Source: Octopus sinensis (Eukaryota). Taken from it: a stretch of 13,794 nucleotides of DNA. The position numbers were made by a program, and so were the translations under genes. The notes under the pieces are model-generated. The model did not search any database, had not been told where the DNA came from, and saw nothing but the letters and a program-made list of their open reading frames with translations. Below, piece by piece: positions 1-7,373 of the stretch; the first letter of the stretch is position 1; every line of letters begins with the position of its first letter. The stretch spans positions 1 through 13,794 of the forward strand of contig NW_021826102.1 of NCBI RefSeq assembly GCF_006345805.1, written 5' to 3'.

Positions 1-130
1 TGTTATCGATCGCCTTCGCCACCATCACGCCAACCACCACAACCTCCACCATCACCATTGTTACCAACCACCATCAGTACTACCACTACAACCTCCACCA
101 CCACCACCATCACCGACGCCTACACCCTAA
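1..130. repeat. Degenerate (CAC/ACC)n low-complexity tract
   Basis: C/A-rich triplets such as ACCACCACAACCTCCACCATCACC; ACAACCTCCACCA occurs twice (39-51 and 88-100). Confidence 0.8.
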
Positions 131-374
131 ACACTACCCCTCCATCGCCAGCAATAGTTACTACATGCACCACCAACGAGCCTAAAACGGAGACCTCTAT
201 GTGGTCGCTCGGCTTTCTAGAAATAACAGCAATAGCCTCCCTCATTTCATACCTGAAAGCAAAAGAAACATTGAACACTATAAACACTTCATATGCAAAA
301 CAGCCGGGATGGGTGGCCAGCGTGGAATGTCTTTGATCACATGTCTCATTGACCAGGCGCATCGAGGACAGTAA

Positions 375-413
375 CATCATCATGATTATGATCATGATCA
401 TCATCATCATTAT
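375..413. repeat. Imperfect (CAT/GAT)n microsatellite
   Basis: CATCATCATGATTATGATCATGATCATCATCATCATTAT read directly. Confidence 0.85.
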
Positions 414-621
414 CCTTATTAAACTGCATCACTAACCAATCCAACACCAACCGCACCGGCATCACCATCGCCACCGGCACCGTCAGTACAACGTCGTTCC
501 GCTTTCACGCCGACCACAGCCAACAGACTCTCGTCCGTTACTAGCAGCAGTGAGCGATGCCAGCAGCCGACAATTAAGAGACTCTCCAGCAACCGCGTGT
601 AACAACCCCTTTGCACATGCC

Positions 622-661
<40 letters not shown>

Positions 662-663
662 CA
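622..663. repeat. (CAGG)10 tetranucleotide microsatellite
   Basis: Ten perfect CAGG units at 622-661; source of the ACLPACLP pseudo-ORFs. Confidence 0.97.
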
Positions 664-879
664 CACGTATCCATATAAGACGCGCGGGCGCGCACGGATA
701 TAAGAAAAGGGATGGATGAGCATTAACAAAGACTGTATTTGGCGAGGGAAGAGGGGGTTGAGCAGAGGAGTTAATATACTGATATATAGGATGGTAGGGG
801 AGGAGAGTAAGACAAGGGGAGTAAGGCGAGCAGGGGTTGAGGAAACTGTTGGCAAAGGGGATATTCTTATTTGTACCTT

Positions 880-1233
880 TAAGAAGTTTGCTTACCAACC
901 ACATGGATCCGGGTACACTCCCACTGCGTGGCACCTTCGGAAAGTGTCTTCCACTATAGCCTGGGCCGACTAAAACAATGTGAGTGGATTTGGTAAGAGG
1001 AAACTGAAAGAAGCCCAACATGTGTGTGCGTGTGTGTGTGTTTGTTCCCCACCACTGCTTGACAAGTGGTGTCAGTGTGTTTACGTCCCCATAACTTGGT
1101 GGTTCGGCAAGAGAGACCGATAGAATAAGTACTAGGCTTTAAAAATTACTAAATAAAAACCGGAGTTGATTTGTTAGGGAAGTGCTACAACATGGCCGCA
1201 GTGTAATGACTGAAGAAAGTAAATTACAAAAGA
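880..1233 (+). mobile_element. tRNA-derived SINE (here called family B), nearly full length, head slightly truncated
   Basis: Decayed tRNA-like head (GGGTACACTCCC for the B box), then GGAAACTGAAAGAAGCCC, internal (TG)n at 1021-1040, GGTTCGGCAAGAGAGACCGATAGAATAAGTAC, and tail CATGGCCGCAGTGTAATGACTGAA. The same blocks recur at 5224-5460, 7541-7602, 7786-7860 and 12826-13204. Matches my recollection of an abundant Octopus SINE. Confidence 0.85.
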
Positions 1234-1280
1234 TATATATATATGTGTGTGTGTGTGTTTATGTTTATGTTTGTTTATGT

Positions 1281-1325
1281 TTTCCAGTTTCAGCTCTTGA
1301 GCTGTGGCCATGCTGGGGCACCGCC
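1281..1325 (-). mobile_element. SINE 3'-tail fragment (family B type)
   Basis: Reverse complement reads GGCGGTGCCCCAGCATGGCCACAGCTCAAGAGCTGAAAC, homologous to the tails at 1180-1215 and 7545-7583. Confidence 0.8.
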
Positions 1326-1478
1326 ATTATAAATATATATAAATTTGTGTGTATGTATGCATGTATGTATGTACGCAAGTATAAAGAAAAGGAAAAATTG
1401 TAGTTGTAGACGATCTTTTAATCCATAATCCAGATTGTACAGATCCAATATAAATTTTACAAATTGTTTCGGAGTTTA

Positions 1479-1500
1479 ATATATATATATATATATATAT
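1479..1500. repeat. (AT)11 microsatellite
   Basis: Read directly. Confidence 0.95.
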
Positions 1501-1725
1501 CGGTGTGTCTGTGTGTGTAGTGTAGTGTTTCTTGACGGTAAGATTACCAAAAGAAGTTACTTCATTTGCCGAGAGATAGATATTATTTAATAAACAGAAG
1601 ATATATTTTTATGAGCTACTATTAGTTTCATGCAAGTGAAACGTCTCAGATATCATTTTCTACCACGTCCAGTTCCTTCACACAATCCTCAGGCTATGCC
1701 CACATTGCATTAACAAGAGAGTAGG

Positions 1726-1840
1726 TCTAAAAGGTGGAAGGTTGAAACACCAGAAATGAAAAACAAACCAGAAAAAAAGACATGCCCTTTTTTCTACTTT
1801 CGGTTTCGTTTTCCGGTTTTTCAACCTTCCACCTTTTAGA
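1726..1840. repeat. 115-nt inverted repeat / fold-back (MITE-like or hairpin RNA candidate)
   Basis: TCTAAAAGGTGGAAGGTTGAAA (1726-1747) is the exact reverse complement of 1819-1840. Pairing continues imperfectly inward to 1777/1788 around a central CATG. Confidence 0.95.
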
Positions 1841-1978
1841 TGCCCCTTCTCGCCTTTTTTTCGTTTTTCTCTCATGCTATCGTTCTCTGTTAACTTCTTA
1901 TACCATAAAACCACGTGCTTATCAAATAACATTTATGTCTCCTCAGATGGAGTACTTTTCTATTGATCCTACCGTCAC

Positions 1979-1979
<1 letters not shown>

Positions 1980-2009
<30 letters not shown>

Positions 2010-2047
2010 TGTATGTATGTATGTATGTATGTATGCATGCATGCATG
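1980..2047. repeat. Compound (TATG)14(CATG)3 microsatellite
   Basis: Read directly. Confidence 0.95.
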
Positions 2048-2061
2048 TATATATAGATAGA

Positions 2062-2192
2062 TGTTGTTCTAGTTTGTTCTTTCTCGAGCCATGCCTGGCT
2101 CATAAGGGCCGGTCTCCCAGTTTCTTGGCGTATAGGTTCCCCTGACGAGACGTCGGTCCAACGCAGGTGAGCTGCAAGATGTAGGAGGAGAA
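2062..2192 (-). mobile_element. tRNA-derived SINE (family A), 3' half
   Basis: Minus strand reads ...CATCTTGCAGCTCACCTGCG...GGAACCTATACGCCAAGAAACTGGGAGACCGGCCCTTATGAGCCAGGCATGGCTCGAGAAAGAACAAAC, with a terminal GAGCCA-4nt-TGGCTC stem-loop (2086-2101) and an AAC-rich tail. Recalled as the 3' half of the Octopus SINE type whose head is at 7374-7540. Confidence 0.7.
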
Positions 2193-2354
2193 ATAGGTCA
2201 CTTAAAGTTTAGGCGAATGAAAACTGAAATGCGCTATTTCTGTTCCGTAATTCATCTCGCAAGTGCAAAAATCGATAATGTGTTTGTTTAGGCCTTATCC
2301 CATGCATTGAATAGTGAACTTTACTCAGTCAGCTGTTTGACGTGAACTGTGTTC

Positions 2355-2387
2355 ACCATGCGTGCAACCATGCGTGCAACCATGCGT
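2355..2387. repeat. 12-bp tandem repeat (ACCATGCGTGCA) x2.75
   Basis: Perfect copies starting at 2355 and 2367, partial copy at 2379-2387. Confidence 0.95.
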
Positions 2388-2493
2388 AAATTGCATGAAA
2401 ATAAAAAATCAAGATATAAAAACGAATCGTCGTAAACATTCGGCAAAGAAATGAATTTTCGGGATGTAGCCTGGAGGGTTTTTTCGTATTAAT

Positions 2494-2627
2494 ATCTATA
2501 TACTTATATATATATATATATATATATACCATCATATATATATATGTATTATATACACACACGCACACATATATATATATGTATATATATATTGATATAT
2601 ATATTTTATATATATATATATATTATA

Positions 2628-2660
<33 letters not shown>
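2494..2660. repeat. Interrupted (TA)n / (CA)n microsatellite
   Basis: Read directly. Confidence 0.95.
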
Positions 2661-2661
<1 letters not shown>

Positions 2662-2921
2662 ATAGAAGAAGGCTAATTCTCCTTCCGTAGAAGAAAAAAT
2701 TCAAATCGGACCATGTTAACACCAAAAATTATTTACATCAAAAAGGTGCCTTTTTTCTATGAAAATCCCTATTTTTTACAATGTTTTGACTGCTGTGTCG
2801 CCATGTTCCGGTGTATTTCACTTAAAGAGAATAACAAGCTACATACTGCCAAAGTTTTACTTTTCAAAAATTCCAATTCTAAAGGGTCTAAACAAACCGC
2901 AACGCCGGGCGATACTGCTGG
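2661..2921 (+). mobile_element. Probable non-autonomous Helitron, 3' part
   Basis: Ends CCGCAACGCCGGGCGATACTG-CTGG|T: weak GC hairpin at about 2897-2909, CTRR terminus at 2918-2921, followed by T. This fits the Helitron end rules. The body resembles an Octopus repeat I recall (unverified). Confidence 0.55.
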
Positions 2922-2983
2922 TATTATATATAATAAAATATATTTATGCACGTATGTGTTCCATATATACTTAGATATTTCAT

Positions 2984-3571
2984 AGAGAGTGACTAATAAA
3001 GAATGTGTGGTGAGAGGGGTTAAAACTGTGTGGCCCATCGTTAGCGAATGCTCGAAACTGGTACAACGCGATGACAAAAGACGACATGGCAATGTAGTTT
3101 GAATGCTCCATTGGGAGCTGTGTGGAAACCACAACCGACAAAGATGTGGTAGGAGCAAAGCCCAGAAGGAGCTACCGAGAATGAAAACTACAAAATGTTG
3201 TGTGACACAATGATTCAGTACGATAACCTGACCAGACATCAGAAACTGGATATTGTTGTCGTGAATAAAAAAGAAAGAACATGCATGCTGATCAAGAGAA
3301 ACTGAACAACTCTTACGATTTGAAGTGGGAAATACGAAGGTGGTGGTCAATGAGGAGAGTAGACGTGGTACCTACAGTAATTGGCGAACTTGGAGGTATA
3401 AGTACTCAACGACCAGCATTGGTAAAATAAGATTCATACACCTGCGAAGGTAGAACACCTAAGAAAATCAACAAAAATTCTTAGCAGGGTTCTTACAGCA
3501 TGACCAGTAAAACGGGTGTCACCTTAGTCTGCTCGCTGTCATGCGTCAAAATAAACTGTGCATTTTCATAA
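2984..3571 (+). mobile_element. Decayed RLE non-LTR retrotransposon 3' end (R4/Dong-like), copy A
   Basis: Across frameshifts and stops: RMCGERG-KTVWPIVSECSKLVQRDDKRRHGNVV*MLHWELC (CCHC-type knuckle), ENENYKMLCDTMIQ, KLDIVVVNKKERTCMLI (PD motif, 3243-3263), EKLNNSYDLKWEIRRWW, VVPTVIGELG, ILSRVLTA* (stop 3501-3503). AATAAA at 3550-3555, then an (AAC/AAT)n tail. Confidence 0.9.
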
Positions 3572-3655
3572 AACAACAACAACAATAACAACAACAATAA
3601 TAATGATAATAATAATAATATAATAATAATGATAATGATAATAATAATAATAATA
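3572..3655. repeat. (AAC)n(AAT)n microsatellite between LINE copies A and B
   Basis: Read directly. Confidence 0.95.
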
Positions 3656-3964
3656 GTTGAGCGCTTGACGGCAACTGTGCAGATGATTAGCGAAGATATT
3701 GGCGTGGAATGTGGGATCGGGAAATGTGGTATAATGATTCTCAAAAGAGGGAGAACCAGTAAAAGCCACGGGATCAAGCTGGAAAGAGGTGAAGCTATAA
3801 AGGAAGTCGGGGAGGATGGATATAAGTACCTGGGTATCATTGAAAAAGATTAGATGGATAAACACACGATGAAAGAAATGAAGAGTAAAGAGTATATGAG
3901 AACTCGGCTTGTGCTCCAATCGAAGCTAAATGGCCGCTATAAGATTAGAGCAATTAACACGGGG
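3656..3964 (+). mobile_element. Decayed reverse-transcriptase fragment of an R4/Dong-like non-LTR element, copy B
   Basis: VERLTATVQMISEDIGVECGIGKCGIMILKRG...GYKYLGIIEKD*...KEYMRTRLVLQSKLNGRYKIRAINT. The YKYLG motif (3821-3835) and the SKLNG..KI.AINT thumb motif are typical of R4-clade RTs. Confidence 0.9.
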
Positions 3965-4059
3965 TGAGGTTTTAAAAATGAACGATTTAAGAAAGACCAG
4001 AGAGCAGATGAAGAAAATGTAGAAGGGCAAGGAAATGCATAATCAGGCTTTGAAGAATA

Positions 4060-4332
4060 AAGATGAGATTGTAGCGGATAACTTGTTCTTTTAAGAACCA
4101 TATATGACTTGATAAGGTGGTAGTTTTTGTTTCTCCCAGTGTCTGAAGCTTAAGGTGTGATCGTTGAATCTTGCTTTGAAAATTCCCTCTGTGAGACCCA
4201 CGTATCTCTTTGACGGACCTGTGTTATTAGCGTTCGTAGAATTTACGGTAGCTTCATAAATAATGGCCTCGGTCATACAGGCTCCATTTAGCGGACACAA
4301 AAGTACTATAATGGCGACTTACAGATTGTCCT
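4060..4332 (-). mobile_element. Penelope-like element remnant, GIY-YIG endonuclease
   Basis: CPLNGACMTEAIIYEATV...KRYVGLTEGIFKARFNDHTLSFRH, then after a frameshift TTLSSHIWFLKE. The IIY...YVG motif, catalytic Arg and Cys-rich linker are characteristic of PLE endonucleases. Confidence 0.85.
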
Positions 4333-4405
4333 AAAGTATACATATATAAATAATCCTCTCTTTACCTAATATCGAGGTCTCATTCTTTTGTTGTCATTTC
4401 ATTTC

Positions 4406-4522
4406 CTTCTTCTTCTTCTTCTTCTTCTTCTTCTTCTTCTTCTTCTTCTTCTTCTTCTTCTTCTTCTTCTTCTTCTTCTTCTTCTTCTTCTTCTTCTTCT
4501 TCTTCTTCTCCTAATTATTATA

Positions 4523-4561
<39 letters not shown>

Positions 4562-4629
4562 GTTGTTGTTCTTGTCGTCGTCATCATCAGCATCATCATC
4601 ATCATTATCATCATCATTACTATTATTAT
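4406..4629. repeat. (CTT)34 followed by in-phase ATT/GTT/GTC/ATC compound microsatellite
   Basis: 34 perfect CTT units at 4406-4507; later triplets remain in the same register. Confidence 0.97.
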
Positions 4630-4821
4630 ATATTTACACACACACATACGCATATATATTTATATACATATACATATATACCTATATATATGCATATACA
4701 TATACATATATACCTATATATATATACATATATATAAACATATATATATATATATTATACATATATATAGGCATATTTATATGCATATACACATATATGT
4801 GTATGTGTGTGTGTGTGTGTG
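4630..4821. repeat. Interrupted (TA)/(CA)/(TG) microsatellite
   Basis: Read directly. Confidence 0.9.
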
Positions 4822-4825
4822 CGGT

Positions 4826-5181
4826 TATTATTCAGTTTTATTTCAAGATTTCTTGCCAATTGAGAAAGAGCCAGTTTCTAACCTATATCCAAGGCTTCTT
4901 CATTGGAATTTCAACATCGACAACTGGGTATTTTTGTATGTATGTATACATGCAGATTTATATATTTTGTTTTATGTATGTATTCTCATGCATATAGTTA
5001 CATATCTAGACATGCTCATATACATTTAAATGAGAAACTTCTGGAAAGTTTTACAGATTTTTATAGTTCCAGTGATGGATTTGATCTGTAGTCTTCGAAT
5101 CAACTTTATTCCTTTCTCGTTTTGAGAACTTAATTTCTCAAGATTGCTATTTAGGCAGAGTATTATATATCCCAGGGCCCC
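4826..5181 (-). mobile_element. RLE non-LTR retrotransposon extreme 3' end with 3' UTR, copy D
   Basis: GALGYIILCLNSNLEKLSSQNEKGIKLIRRLQIKSITGTIKICKTFQKFLI* (5181 to stop at 5026-5028), homologous to the C-terminus of copy C. The downstream sequence ends ...GAAATAAAACTGAATAATAACC. The 3' UTR extent is inferred. Confidence 0.8.
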
Positions 5182-5223
5182 ATGTACATATGTATTCATG
5201 CAGGCATGCAGGCATCTCACTAG

Positions 5224-5460
5224 CTTTATTTGTTTCAGTCTTTAGTCTGCGGCCACGCTGGGGTACTCCCTTCGAGTTTTTAGTTGACTTTTTAAAGCCT
5301 ATTCTATCGATCACTTTTTGTCGAATCGCTTATTTGCCGTGGGTAAGATGAACAAAACCAAAACCAGTTGTCAAACAATGGTGGGCGTTGGTGTGGGGGG
5401 GGGGTCAATCACAAACACAAAGACATACACATATTGACTTTTATATATATATATATATGG
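5224..5460 (-). mobile_element. SINE family B, 3' half, diverged
   Basis: Minus strand carries CTTGACAAC-like, CGATTCGACAAAAAGTGATCGATAGAATAGGC and tail CCCCAGCGTGGCCGCAGACTAAAGACTGAAACAAATAAA blocks, homologous to 1050-1233. Confidence 0.75.
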
Positions 5461-5469
5461 CTGCTTCTT

Positions 5470-5664
5470 GGTAGCGACATTGTAATGAAAAGCATGTTGC
5501 TTTGCTCATCATCTTTTAAATCATAGGAAGGTCTTGCACTTATTTATGGTCCCGGATATACTCATCATTTGTAGCGCATGCATTGAAGAGTTGCATTATC
5601 TCTTAAAGAGCACAATTTCAGCCATACTCTACCCCGGGCGAGTTGGTGCATATCCTGTTACTCC

Positions 5665-5717
<53 letters not shown>

Positions 5718-6050
5718 TAATAATAATATGAAAATGAACTTATATCTTGGGCACTGAGTTTGCAAACTTCTCATCAATGGCCCATAAATGTTTTCATTCT
5801 CTTGCATTTTGTTGACAATATTGGTTTCTTGAAGGCAGCGGGCAAATGTTTTTGTCATGTGGTCCCACACAACAATTCTAGTCGATTGTGCTTTAATTTG
5901 GTGGAATTTATAATTTCTACCAATATCCTTTCGACCCATTCTCATTGGGTGCATGCTTATGACTGACACTGTACCATAAAATGGACAGTGGATTTCCCAC
6001 GGTTACTGCGGCAGATTATGATTTAATAGAGATTTTGGTTGCCATTCCTA
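5470..6050 (-). mobile_element. Decayed RLE non-LTR retrotransposon endonuclease domain, copy C, split by an internal (ATT)21
   Basis: KHNR(L)-IVVWDHMTK (HNRPDIVVWD motif with a 1-nt deletion), NKMQENENIYGPLMRSLQTQCPRYKFIFI, then (ATT)21, then IGVTGYAPTR...LQMMSISGTINKCKTFL* (stop 5521-5523). Clade not resolved; outer boundaries approximate. Confidence 0.8.
5665..5727. repeat. (AAT)21 microsatellite with one GAT interruption
   Basis: 63 nt, read directly. Confidence 0.97.
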
Positions 6051-7028
6051 GCAAGTCGATTGACCAACCATATAAAGATTAGCTTTCATTGCTCTATCAA
6101 CAATTATTAATTGTTGATCAACTCTAAATCCGAAGCAGCTTAGCGGAACCTAAGAAGAAGCAAAGAGTACAAGAGAAAAAATCTGGTAAAATCAGGCATA
6201 TAATATATGGAGAACAAAGGTCTTTTAGACGCTGTTTGGTCCTTATCAACTAGCATTCTTCGTTATCAATTAACGCTACCCGCGAATAGCTACAAATCTC
6301 AACAATTGTTTAATATTAAAAGAAAGTGAAAACGTAACAACAGAAAAAAAAACAAATAAGTGGGAGCTACTGTTGCAAGGCAAACATGTCTGTTATCATC
6401 ATCATCGCCGCAGTTAACAATAACAACGCTGTAAGATTACTGCACTGAAATAAAATAATGATGCAAAAGAAAAATACAAAATAAAATTAATGTAAAGCAA
6501 TGCATGATTATTGCAATGGAAGAAAAATATAAAACACAATATATAAAGAATCATGCAAATTGCTTCGATGAAAGAAAGAATAATTCAAAATGGCGTCACC
6601 AAGATCATAAAGCGTAACAAAAAAATCAACAGCGAAAAGATTATCAACTGTCGACTGCGGAGATTAGAGAATACCAGTTGAAACAAATAATCGACTGTTA
6701 CCGCTACACTAAATTAAAACGAAATAAACGAAGAAACAAGGAAGTAAATACGGAAATAAAATTATAAAATATTTGTTCCCGTATAACAAATTGGAGATCA
6801 GTAAAGAACGAGGGTGATATTTTAATTGGGAAAAAGAGATAAAAAATGTAGGCTGTGGGTCGGGGAGAAACTATTATATTGTTAATGTTAAGACGATAAA
6901 AAAGAGATAGAGAGATAGGGGGAGAAGTAGGGAGAAGAAAGATATGAAGCGGGGGAGAAAATAGTTTTAAATAGGATCTAGTTACTGTGATCGTTTAGTT
7001 GACTCTAAAAAAATCGATTGAAACAAGT

Positions 7029-7159
7029 CAACAGCACCAACACCACCAACAGCACCAACACCACCAACAGCACCAACACCACCAACAGCACCAACACCAC
7101 CAACAGCACCAACACCACCAACAGCACCAACACCACCAACAGCACCAACACCACCAACA
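7029..7159. repeat. Perfect 18-bp minisatellite (CAACAGCACCAACACCAC) x7.3
   Basis: Seven identical units starting at 7029, 7047 ... 7137, plus CAACA. Each unit is a dimer of the 9-mers CAACAGCAC and CAACACCAC. Confidence 0.97.
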
Positions 7160-7281
7160 TAGAATATCAAAGCAAATATATAAAGAAAAAATTTTATAAA
7201 CAAACAACGATTTTGGGGGTGAGTTATCAATGTACAAACAATTACATTTTCATAAAGCTTGATAAGGAATTCATTTGCCGC

Positions 7282-7373
7282 ACGTATGTATGTGTGTGTG
7301 TGTGTGTGTGTATGTAAATATATATATGTATGTATGAATGTATGTATGTATGTATATATATATATATATATAT
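7282..7373. repeat. Compound (TATG)/(TG)/(TA) microsatellite
   Basis: Read directly. Confidence 0.9.

Noticed and set aside
2142-2162. Hammerhead-like CTGACGA-GAC-GTCG-GTC
   Set aside because: Followed by CAAC instead of GAAA, no stem III or stem I, and it lies inside a SINE body.
3968-4059. Possible continuation of RT copy B (DLRKTR resembling LDRKTR)
   Set aside because: Only a few residues match and the flanking motifs are absent; not separable from chance.
4388-5029. Poly-Leu/Ile/Arg ORFs, and similar His/Thr or Val/Cys ORFs at 12839-13177
   Set aside because: Pure translations of microsatellites.
6553-6598. Octamer ATGCAAAT, YY1-like AAAATGGCG and a CRE half-site close together
   Set aside because: Short motifs expected by chance in 13.8 kb of A+T-rich DNA; no nearby gene evidence.
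6130-6980. Strongly A/G-skewed unique stretch
   Set aside because: No ORF, repeat unit or motif that I can support; such skew is common in A+T-rich intergenic or intronic DNA.
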